DNA of 64,000 nt from Chloroflexota bacterium (GTDB lineage Bacteria; Chloroflexota; Limnocylindria; Limnocylindrales; CSP1-4). Positions 18,252 to 26,298 of this stretch are shown piece after piece. The translations under genes and the position numbers were made by a program. Each line of letters begins with the position of its first letter. Position 1 is the stretch's first letter. The stretch spans positions 39,405 through 103,404 of the forward strand of contig JBJMMR010000052.1 in the NCBI GenBank assembly GCA_045804645.1, in the 5' to 3' direction. The notes below the pieces were generated by a model, which did not search any database, was not told the DNA's origin, and saw only the letters and a program-made list of their open reading frames with translations.

Positions 18252-18498
18252 CGTCTCGGGCCTCCGTTCTCTCGATGCCCCGAAGGGGACGCAGGGCCGT
18301 AGCTCGAGAAACGTCGACCGCACGTTGGTCGCACTTGGCGACTCGAACGTAAGTCTACGCACCAACAGGCCCGCAGAGTCACATCAGGCCGTGTGTCGCG
18401 TCGCGGGGAGGCGCGATCCGCGGCGGGACGGAACAGGTAGCATCTGACCGCTACGCCGTCGCGGCCAGGGGCGCGCACGGGGCCATGCAGGAGGGACC

Positions 18499-19167
18499 AT
18501 GGATACGCGCAAGTATCTGGCCGAACTCGTCGGCACATTCCTGTTCCTGACGATCGGCTATACCTCCGTGGCAGCGGCCTCGGCCGGCGGTGTCCCGACC
18601 CTGCTCGTCGTCCCCTTTTCATTCGGCCTTGGGCTGCTCGCGGCGATCTTCGCGGTGGGACACATTTCGGGCGGCCATTTCAACCCGGCCGTCACGGTCG
18701 CGGCGGTCCTGGACGGCCGTATCGAGACGACCGATGCCATCGGCTACATCCTCGCTCAGGTCATCGGCGCTATCGGCGGAGCGGCGGTCGTGTTCGTCGT
18801 CGCCGGACAGTCGGCCGTCGCGGCTGGCGTGACGGCACCGGGACAGGGCATCACGGCGATCGGCGCGCTCATCCTGGAGATCGTCTTCACCGCGGCCTTC
18901 ATCCTTGTGATCCTCGTCTCGACGAAGCGCGCCGCCGGCCTCGCGCCGTTGGCCATCCCGTTGACGCTGGTGGCGATCCACTTCGCCGCGGCCTCCCTGT
19001 CGGGCGCGTCGGTCAATCCGGCCCGCTCCATCGGGTCCGCGCTGCTCGGCGGGGACCTCAACGACCTGTGGATCTATATCGTCGGCCCGATCGTCGGCGG
19101 CATCGGCGGGTGGGCGCTGTACCGGGTCCTGGGCGAGGACGGCGCCGCGGAGGCGGTGGTCGACTAG
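18499..19167 (+). CDS. MIP family channel (aquaporin/glycerol facilitator)
   Basis: Two NPA boxes: GGHFNPAVT and SVNPARS. Confidence 0.9.
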   Translation: MDTRKYLAELVGTFLFLTIGYTSVAAASAGGVPTLLVVPFSFGLGLLAAIFAVGHISGGHFNPAVTVAAVLDGRIETTDAIGYILAQVIGAIGGAAVVFVVAGQSAVAAGVTAPGQGITAIGALILEIVFTAAFILVILVSTKRAAGLAPLAIPLTLVAIHFAAASLSGASVNPARSIGSALLGGDLNDLWIYIVGPIVGGIGGWALYRVLGEDGAAEAVVD

Positions 19168-19217
19168 GAACCGATCGCGTTCGACGGAGAGGGCGGGCTG
19201 AACGCCAACATCGGAAC

Positions 19218-19589
19218 GTGACGATCCTGCTCGTCGGGGCTGGCGGTTTTCTTGGCGCGATCTCCCGCTACGTCGTCGACGGCTTCGTATCGAGCGCGAC
19301 CGCGGGCCGGTTCCCGTTCGGCACGCTCGTGGTGAACCTCACTGGTTCATTCGTACTCGGCCTGCTGTTCGCGCTGAGTATCGAGCGGGCGGTCTTGCCG
19401 TCGACCATCCGAGCTCCTGTACTGATCGGCTTCATCGGCGCGTACACCACGTTCTCGACGCTGACGCTTGAGACGTGGCGGCTCGTCGAGGACGGCAGCT
19501 ATGCGCTCGCCACTGCGAACCTCTTCGGGTCGATGCTGCTTGGCATGGTCGCCGTCGTTGCCGGACTGACCGTGGGGCGTGCGCTATGA
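19218..19589 (+). CDS. crcB: fluoride channel CrcB/FluC
   Basis: From GTG: VTILLVGAGGFLGAISRYVV...GTLVVNLTGSFVLG...IGFIGAYTTFSTL. About 123 aa. Confidence 0.85.
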   Translation: MTILLVGAGGFLGAISRYVVDGFVSSATAGRFPFGTLVVNLTGSFVLGLLFALSIERAVLPSTIRAPVLIGFIGAYTTFSTLTLETWRLVEDGSYALATANLFGSMLLGMVAVVAGLTVGRAL

Positions 19590-19924
19590 AGATCGACGGC
19601 CAGGGACTCCTCCTCCGGATCTATATCGGCGAGTCCGATCAGTGGCACGGCAAGCCGCTCTACCAGGCGATCGTCGAACGCCTCCGAGAACGAGGCCTTG
19701 CTGGCGCGACCGTATTGCGCGGGATCGAGGGTTACGGTGCGAAGGCACATCTGCACACGACCCGCATCCTGCGGCTGTCAGAGGACCTGCCGGTGCTCAT
19801 CGAGGTCGTGGACCAGGAGGACCGCTTGCGCGCCGTGCTGCCTGAGCTCGATGGCATGGTCGGTGACGGTTTGATCACTCTGGAGCGAGTCGAGGTGATC
19901 GCATACCGAGCCGAGCCGTCCTAA
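19586..19924 (+). CDS. DUF190 domain protein (commonly crcB-associated)
   Basis: MKIDGQGLLLRIYIGESDQWHGKPLYQAIVERLRERGLAGATVLRGIEGYG. ATGA overlap with the crcB stop. Confidence 0.8.
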   Translation: MKIDGQGLLLRIYIGESDQWHGKPLYQAIVERLRERGLAGATVLRGIEGYGAKAHLHTTRILRLSEDLPVLIEVVDQEDRLRAVLPELDGMVGDGLITLERVEVIAYRAEPS

Positions 19925-20155
19925 AAGGGACGAACTGGCGGGGGTCATCCTGGCGATGCCCGACCCGGGTGCACGACATGGGTGCTGGTAATCTGTCTCA
20001 GCGATGGATCTCGACGAGACGATGAACGTGACGACCCTCGGGCGCACGTCGCTGGTGGTGGCGGCCAGCGACGGCCCGGGTGGATAGGCACGACCCGACC
20101 CCCCTCCCACGCCTCGCCGAGCACGACACACCAGATGACCTAAGCGCGCACTCGC

Positions 20156-21439
20156 GTGCGCACGGGATGTCCTGACGTGGACGTCCTGATCGCGGGCGGC
20201 ATCTTCCTCGTCGCCTACGCCCTGATCGCATCCGAGCGCTTCGACCGCACGCTGGTCGCGTTGCTCGGCGGACTGCTGGTCGTTGTCCTCGGGATCATCG
20301 ACCAGGAGGAGGCGTTCGCCGGCATCGATTTCAACGTGATCTTCCTGCTGGCCGGCATGATGATCCTGGCGGGCGGGCTCAGCCGGACGGGCTTCTTCGA
20401 ATACGTGGCTGGTCTTGCGATCCACCGATCACGCGGAGAGCCGTTCCGGCTGCTCGTGATCCTCGCCCTGGTCACAGCCGTGCTGGCAGCATTCCTCGAC
20501 AACGTCACGACCGTCGTCCTGCTCACACCGGTGACGCTATCCATCGCGCGGACGCTGAACGTGTCGCCCTTCCCGTACCTGATCAGCCAGATCTTCGCGT
20601 CCAACATCGGCGGCACGGCGACCCTGATCGGCGATCCGCCGAACATCCTCATCGGATCGGCGGCCGGTCTTGACTTCGGCGATTTCCTCGTCAACCTCGC
20701 GCCGGTCGTCGTGATCATCATGGTGGCGTTCGTAGCCTTCCTGTGGATCGCCTTCGGTCGGTCGATGGCCGACGACGAGGACAGGCTCGACCGCCTCGCC
20801 ACCGTCGACCCGGCGGCAGCGATCACGGATCGGCCGCTGATGATGAAGGCCCTGGTCGTGTTGGGGCTGACGATGGTCGGCTTCCTGCTCCACTCGCTGA
20901 TCGGGGTCGAAGCCGCGACCATCGCCCTGCTCGGAGCGACGGTGCTGATGATCGTCGGACGACTCGATCCGCATGACGCGCTGCGCGACATCGAGTGGAA
21001 CACGCTGTTCTTCTTCGTCGGCCTGTTCATGCTGATCGAGGCCGTCGTCCATGTCGGGATCGTCGGCACGATCGCCGATGCGCTCGCCGTCGCCGCCGGC
21101 GGCGACCAGACGGTCGCGACCGCCGGCATCCTGTGGGTGTCCGCCCTCGGTTCGGCGATCGTCGACAACATCCCCTACACAGCGACGGCCATCCCGATCG
21201 TCGAGCGCATGATCGAGACGGGGCTCGAGGGCGATCCACTGTGGTGGGCACTGGCGCTGGGAGCCTGCCTTGGTGGCAACCTCACGATCGTCGGTGCCTC
21301 CGCCAACATCGTCGTGGCCAATCTCGCCGAACGCGACGGACACCCGCTCCGGTTCATGCAGTTCTTCCGCTACGGCGCGGTGGTCGTGGCCTTCTCGCTC
21401 GTGATCTCGACGGCGTATGTCTGGGTTCGGTACCTGTGA
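20156..21439 (+). CDS. ArsB/NhaD (SLC13-like) family permease
   Basis: 427 aa polytopic membrane protein with the family-typical N-terminus ...ALIASERFDRTLVALLGGLLVV...IDFNVIFLLAGMMIL. Confidence 0.75.
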   Translation: MRTGCPDVDVLIAGGIFLVAYALIASERFDRTLVALLGGLLVVVLGIIDQEEAFAGIDFNVIFLLAGMMILAGGLSRTGFFEYVAGLAIHRSRGEPFRLLVILALVTAVLAAFLDNVTTVVLLTPVTLSIARTLNVSPFPYLISQIFASNIGGTATLIGDPPNILIGSAAGLDFGDFLVNLAPVVVIIMVAFVAFLWIAFGRSMADDEDRLDRLATVDPAAAITDRPLMMKALVVLGLTMVGFLLHSLIGVEAATIALLGATVLMIVGRLDPHDALRDIEWNTLFFFVGLFMLIEAVVHVGIVGTIADALAVAAGGDQTVATAGILWVSALGSAIVDNIPYTATAIPIVERMIETGLEGDPLWWALALGACLGGNLTIVGASANIVVANLAERDGHPLRFMQFFRYGAVVVAFSLVISTAYVWVRYL

Positions 21440-21451
21440 GGAGGGACGGCC

Positions 21452-21607
21452 ATGGCTGACTGGCGGCGTTCGGTACGCGATTCGATGACGCTCGCCTGGC
21501 CGATCGGGCTCGGTGTCCTGATCAACGTCGTCCTGACCATCATCGGGCTCGAGATCCTCCAGCTCCTCGGGTTGTGGCCGATCCCGGAGTCGTCGCCCAA
21601 AACCTGA
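21452..21607 (+). CDS. small hydrophobic protein (51 aa), below the ORF-track size cutoff
   Basis: My translation is MADWRRSVRDSMTLAWPIGLGVLINVVLTIIGLEILQLLGLWPIPESSPKT. GAGGAGGG lies 6 nt upstream of the ATG, directly after the permease stop. Confidence 0.45.
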   Translation: MADWRRSVRDSMTLAWPIGLGVLINVVLTIIGLEILQLLGLWPIPESSPKT

Positions 21608-21822
21608 CGGTCAGGGCGGTCCGGCCGGTCCCGGCGAAGGCTGCCGGTCGGCGACGAAGCCGAGTTCGAGATCGAGCTTGTGACGTAGACGAATCACGCG
21701 CCGCTCTGGGACGGGCGGGACGGGCCGACGAAACCGGGTCGAACGGCTCTGGCGCCGGGCCGCGCCCAACCCGGACGATCGATGGCGGCGCGACAGGAGT
21801 CGGACCCCGAGGAGGCTGTTCC

Positions 21823-22719
21823 ATGCCGAAGATCACGATCCGTGGCGTGTCGATGTATGTCGAAGTCGTCGGACAGGGTCCCCCACTCGTGCTCATGCAT
21901 GGCGGACCAGGGCTCGACCACATCTCGCTGACGCCGTTCAAGCGACTCGCCGATCGGTACACGGTCGTGCTGTACGACCACCGCTGCAACGGGCGCTCCG
22001 CGGGTGCAGCCGTGACATCGATGACGTGGGACAACCTGACCGCAGACGCCGACGCACTCCGGGAGACGTTGGGGTTCGAGCGGTGGGCGGTGCTCGGGCA
22101 TTCGTTCGGGGGGCACGTCGCGCTCGAATACGCGCTTCGGTACCCCGATCGCATATCGCAACTCATCCTGCTCGATACGGCCGGCGACGCCCGGTGGTCA
22201 CAGGAGAACGCGGCCGAGGTCCTCGCCGATCGGGGCTTCAGTCCGAAGACCGTCGCGGTGGCGCGCCGCTTCTACAGCGGCCGCATCGCCCCGAAGGACT
22301 TCGTCCGCGCCGCATTCCGCCTGCTGCCCGCGTACGACCATCGCTTCAGCATCGTTCGGACGGCACACGGGATGCTCGCCGGGGCGTGGCGGATGAAGAC
22401 CCGTCCAGAAGCACTCACCTTCGGCGGCCAGATGATGCGCGGCTGGAGCGTCATGGAGCGCCTCGGCGAGATCCGCGTCCCAACGCTTGTGATCGCTGGC
22501 CACGACGACTTCCTCTTCCCGCCGGAGAGCCAGGCGCTCCTGGCGGCAGGGATACCCGGCGCGCGGCTGCGCATCATCGAGCGGGCCGGGCACAACCCCC
22601 AGGCCGAGCGGACCGCCGAGACGGTGGCAGCCGTTGCCGACTTCCTCGCGGGCCTACCCGAGAGATCGACGCCAGTGCTCCCGAGGCGTCGCCTCGCCGC
22701 GGACGCGCTTCCCGCCTAG
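21823..22719 (+). CDS. alpha/beta hydrolase (proline iminopeptidase-like)
   Basis: Has the LMHGGPG oxyanion region and the nucleophile elbow GHSFGG. ATG preceded by GGAGG. Confidence 0.85.
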   Translation: MPKITIRGVSMYVEVVGQGPPLVLMHGGPGLDHISLTPFKRLADRYTVVLYDHRCNGRSAGAAVTSMTWDNLTADADALRETLGFERWAVLGHSFGGHVALEYALRYPDRISQLILLDTAGDARWSQENAAEVLADRGFSPKTVAVARRFYSGRIAPKDFVRAAFRLLPAYDHRFSIVRTAHGMLAGAWRMKTRPEALTFGGQMMRGWSVMERLGEIRVPTLVIAGHDDFLFPPESQALLAAGIPGARLRIIERAGHNPQAERTAETVAAVADFLAGLPERSTPVLPRRRLAADALPA

Positions 22720-22883
22720 GGGAGATCGACCATGACGACCTACATCCGACCAGGATTCGCGATCACCGGCCTCGAGGACATCGCTTCACGCCTGTCAGGA
22801 GGGTCCGACCGCCGCTAGACGTGGACGACGGGTCCGGCGCCCGGTTTCCATCAGGCTCACTGAGCTTGCTACCGTCAGGTAGC

Positions 22884-22958
22884 TGGCTCCGGCGGTAGGA
22901 TTCGAACCTACGACCAAGCGGTTAACAGCCGCCCGCTCTACCACTGAGCTACGCCGGA
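22884..22958 (-). tRNA. tRNA-Asn (anticodon GTT), CCA encoded
   Basis: Folded by hand. Minus-strand sequence TCCGGCGTAGCTCAGTGGTAGAGCGGGCGGCTGTTAACCGCTTGGTCGTAGGTTCGAATCCTACCGCCGGAGCCA. It has a 7-bp acceptor stem, a D arm GCTC/GAGC, the anticodon loop CTGTTAA and a T arm GTAGG/CCTAC with TTCGAAT. Confidence 0.93.
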
Positions 22959-23073
22959 ACGACGCGGGCTCGGTGCCCGCCGGGCCACGTGGCGTGGCGC
23001 CCCGGAGGATACCGCACGTCTGGTAGCGAAGCAGCCCGACCGAACGCGCTGTCCCCTGCGATACGCTGCGACC

Positions 23074-23859
23074 GTGAGTCACCCACACGCGACGACCCAG
23101 CGTTGGCGCACTCTCGTGCTGGTGTACCCCGTCCTCGACGCCCGATACGGGTCGGGATTGTCGCGGAAGCGGGCCCGCCGCGTGATGGGGCGCGCGGAGC
23201 GCGACGTGATCATGGGCGTCATCGATCGACTGCCCGCGACGGTCCTCGATTGGAGCTCCGGGCTGGCGACGCTCGATCCGGTGGACGTGATCGAGGTGCG
23301 CCGGCCGATGACCTCGCTGTCCTCGAGCGGCGGTGGTCGCTGGTGGGTCGGGCCGCGTGAGGTGCGACCGGAACTCGAGGACGTCCACGACACCGGCGGC
23401 GAATACGACTCGATCTACGCGCTGTGGCCGTGCGAGCCGGGCGTCCCGCAATGCGGCTGGGGTTGCACGCAGGGTGCGTCCGACGCGACGCTCGGCGCCG
23501 GCTTTTCGTCGATCTCGACGGACCATTGGCACACGCTTGCGAACGACCCGGACCCCGAGCAGGGCTACGTCCATGAGTGGTTGCACCAGGTCGAGGGGTT
23601 GTACCGAGGTCTCGGGTTGTCCGAGGCCGAGCTGCCGTCACTCCACGACGCGGCGCAGTTCACCTCGACACGACCGGTCGATGAGGCCCCGTTCGGCCGT
23701 TCGTATGCCGAGTACGAGGCCGGGTCGCGAACGTGGTCGCCGTGGTACCGCGACTACATGACCGGCCGGCTTCGACCCGCGGACGGATCAGGTCTCCCGC
23801 TCGTCGACGGGCCGATCGGACTCACCCCGGAGCGGTGGCGGTTGCGGTTGCGGCGGTGA
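23074..23859 (+). CDS. hypothetical protein with an HExxH motif (VHEWLHQVEG)
   Basis: 261 aa with strong GC3 and no family recognised. Contains HEWLH and a Cys-rich patch (WPCEPGVPQCGWGC). Stop overlaps the rhodanese GTG start. Confidence 0.6.
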   Translation: MSHPHATTQRWRTLVLVYPVLDARYGSGLSRKRARRVMGRAERDVIMGVIDRLPATVLDWSSGLATLDPVDVIEVRRPMTSLSSSGGGRWWVGPREVRPELEDVHDTGGEYDSIYALWPCEPGVPQCGWGCTQGASDATLGAGFSSISTDHWHTLANDPDPEQGYVHEWLHQVEGLYRGLGLSEAELPSLHDAAQFTSTRPVDEAPFGRSYAEYEAGSRTWSPWYRDYMTGRLRPADGSGLPLVDGPIGLTPERWRLRLRR

Positions 23860-24749
23860 CGATCAGCCTTGACGGGCCGCTGATCGCGGTCTCGACGCTG
23901 GCGGCCGCGATCGACGCTCCTCGGCTCCGGGTGGTCGACTGCCGCTGGTATCTCGGCAGACCAGGCGCAGGGCGGATCGCCTACGAGGGCGGACACCTTC
24001 CCGGGGCACTGCATCTCGACATCGACTCGGATCTGACGGCGCCAACGGGGCCTGGCCGGCATCCGCTGCCCGACCCCCTGGTGTTCCGCGATCGGCTCGA
24101 GGAGGTCGGGATCGGCGACGAGCACACCGTCGTCGCGTACGACGACGTCGGCGGCTGGGTCGCGGCCAGGCTGTGGTGGATGCTCGACGATCTCGGGCAT
24201 CGGTCAGTGGCCGTGCTCGATGGCGGCATCGCGGCGTGGACCGCCACTGGGTTGCCGTTGACTCGCGAGGAGCCTGGGTACCCGCCCGCGGGTCTGTCGC
24301 TTCGCGGATCGTGGGGACGAGTTCTCGACCGGGACGAGGTCCGCGCGGCCCTCGGATCGTTGCGACTGCTCGACGCACGTGCGGGAGCGCGCTACCGCGG
24401 CGAGGTCGAACCGATCGACGCGTATCCGGGCCACATCCCGACTGCGGTCAGCGCCCCGACTGACCGGAATCTGGCGGCGGACGGCCGGTTCCTTTCGCCC
24501 GCCGAGCTCGCGGCACGGTATCGGGAGCTGGGGGCCGACGGATCGATCGGCGAGGTCGTCGTGTCGTGCGGCAGCGGCGTGTCGGCGACCCACGACGCGC
24601 TCGCGCTGCGGATCGCCGGCCTGCCGGATCCGCGGCTCTATCCCGGGTCGTACAGCGATTGGACGCAGCAGGGCTGGCCCGTCACGACCGGCCCGGGACC
24701 GGGTGATCCCCCGGAGACTACGACGCCTCCGCCAAGCGCTGTCCGATGA
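23856..24749 (+). CDS. tandem-rhodanese sulfurtransferase (thiosulfate/3-mercaptopyruvate type)
   Basis: Has two rhodanese domains and the active-site loop SCGSGVSATH. Start set at the GTG overlapping the upstream stop (GTGA). Confidence 0.85.
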   Translation: MTISLDGPLIAVSTLAAAIDAPRLRVVDCRWYLGRPGAGRIAYEGGHLPGALHLDIDSDLTAPTGPGRHPLPDPLVFRDRLEEVGIGDEHTVVAYDDVGGWVAARLWWMLDDLGHRSVAVLDGGIAAWTATGLPLTREEPGYPPAGLSLRGSWGRVLDRDEVRAALGSLRLLDARAGARYRGEVEPIDAYPGHIPTAVSAPTDRNLAADGRFLSPAELAARYRELGADGSIGEVVVSCGSGVSATHDALALRIAGLPDPRLYPGSYSDWTQQGWPVTTGPGPGDPPETTTPPPSAVR

Positions 24750-25035
24750 CCACGAGGGCGTCAGCCACGCCACGATAGTCCTCGGGCTTCACGGTCAGGA
24801 CCTGGGGCTCGTCGCTCGGCTGTTCAGGCACGATCACGAGCGTGGCCGGGCGCGTCCGTTCGATGTCGAACTGGATCCGGCGGACGTTCGCGATCGGGAC
24901 GTCGAGAGCCAGGCGTTCCGCCGACCCGACCGCGATCCTGCGGTCGGTGACGACGATGACCTGCTCACCCGCGGGTGCCTCGATGTCGACCTGCTCGTCC
25001 GCATGGAGGGCGCTGTAGATCGGAAGGTGATCCAT
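24718..25035 (-). CDS. hypothetical protein
   Basis: 105 aa ORF with good GC3. Its 3' end overlaps the rhodanese 3' end convergently by 32 nt. Confidence 0.5.
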   Translation of the reverse strand: MDHLPIYSALHADEQVDIEAPAGEQVIVVTDRRIAVGSAERLALDVPIANVRRIQFDIERTRPATLVIVPEQPSDEPQVLTVKPEDYRGVADALVVIGQRLAEAS

Positions 25036-25252
25036 GTGTTCCTGACCTCACGTGCGTGCTGTAGTTGAAGGGTCGCGATGCGCCGGTAACGGCAGGCACT
25101 CGAACATGCGTTGGAACACTTCGGACTGATTGCAGGGACTTGACGAGTGGCAGCCAGCACGAGGTCTTCGTCAGTGCGCACCCGAGTCCCGAGAAATCGA
25201 GATCGTCAGCTCCCGTCCGCGCACGGTCAGGTAACGCCCCCGACGGGACCGC

Positions 25253-26206
25253 TCACGACGGCCTAACGATGCAGCGGAACCCGATGTGGCAGGTGCTCGT
25301 GTCGACGGCTTCGGCCTGGCGGGCAGCCGGACGGTAGCGAAGGCAATAGTTGGGGGCACAGAGGTGGGAGCCGCCCTTGATCACGCGGCGCGGGATGTGC
25401 TCGCCGGGTTGGCCATGGCCAAACGACATGTCCGGCGAGGACGTCCGCGGATTGTGCGGGATGCAGCACGCATGCTCGGCCCGGTCGCTCTGCCGGGGCG
25501 CGAAGAAGTCGTCCGTCCATTCCCAGACATTGCCCGCCATGTCGTAGAGCCCGAAACCATTGGGCGGGAATGAGCGCACTGGCGACGTTCCCTCGAACCC
25601 GTCCTCAAGCGTGTTCTGCCACGGAAACTCGCCCTGCCAGGTGTTGGCCAGCATCCTGCCCTTCGGGGCGAATTCGTCACCCCATGCGAACCGCGCCCCT
25701 TCGAGGCCTCCGCGGGCAGCGAACTCCCACTCGGCCTCGGTCGGAAGCGCCTTGCCGGCCCACGTCGCATACGCTTCGACATCCTCAAAGGCGACTTGCG
25801 TGACGGGATGACGGTCCCGCCCGACGATCGAGCTGCCCGGCCCATCCGGCTGACGCCAGCACGCACCGGGCACATAGGCCCACCAATTGCGGACGTCGTT
25901 CAGGTCGACGGGACCACGAGTGCGATGGAAGACGAGAGCACCCGGAACCAGGACCGATCGGTCCGAACCCGGGAAGTCGGCCGGGTCAAGCGGACGTTCA
26001 GCGAGGGTCACATATCCGGTCGCCTTCACGAATCGGCGGAACTGGGCGACCGTGACGGGATGCTCGTCCATCCAGAAGCCATCGACGCGGACCGGGTGGA
26101 CGGGTCGCTCCTCGGGGTAAAACTCGTCCGAGCCCATGAGAAACGTTCCGCCGGGTATCCAGACCATGTCCTTGGCGGGCGCGGTGTCGGCTGGTCGATC
26201 GTTCAT
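25253..26206 (-). CDS. formylglycine-generating enzyme (SUMF1/FGE family)
   Basis: Reads MVWIPGGTFLMGSD.FYPEE...VTVAQFRRFVKATGY...GNVWEWT...IKGGSHLCAPNYCLRYRPAARQ. Confidence 0.9.
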   Translation of the reverse strand: MNDRPADTAPAKDMVWIPGGTFLMGSDEFYPEERPVHPVRVDGFWMDEHPVTVAQFRRFVKATGYVTLAERPLDPADFPGSDRSVLVPGALVFHRTRGPVDLNDVRNWWAYVPGACWRQPDGPGSSIVGRDRHPVTQVAFEDVEAYATWAGKALPTEAEWEFAARGGLEGARFAWGDEFAPKGRMLANTWQGEFPWQNTLEDGFEGTSPVRSFPPNGFGLYDMAGNVWEWTDDFFAPRQSDRAEHACCIPHNPRTSSPDMSFGHGQPGEHIPRRVIKGGSHLCAPNYCLRYRPAARQAEAVDTSTCHIGFRCIVRPS

Positions 26207-26298
26207 GTGACTCGGGCGACGAGCTTCCCGTTGCCGCGCCCCATGGTTGCGAGGGACCGTGGCGGGACTGGGCGGCGCAGTCGACGCATAGCTCCGCC

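Noticed and set aside
19168-19217. Fluoride riboswitch (crcB motif) upstream of crcB or of the aquaporin (18366-18498)
   Set aside because: I looked for the GGCGAUG...AAAC.GCC...GCUGAUG...CUAC pattern and did not find it on the correct strand. A covariance-model scan would be needed to exclude it.
22732-22815. 27-codon ORF MTTYIRPGFAITGLEDIASRLSGGSDRR after the hydrolase gene
   Set aside because: It is very short, has a weak RBS and has no hydrophobic or other recognisable character. Evidence is insufficient.
22720-23073. tRNA-Asn as an integration site or genomic-island boundary
   Set aside because: There is no integrase, no direct repeat of the tRNA 3' end and no compositional break visible on either side. 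The neighbouring genes look like ordinary housekeeping or accessory metabolism.
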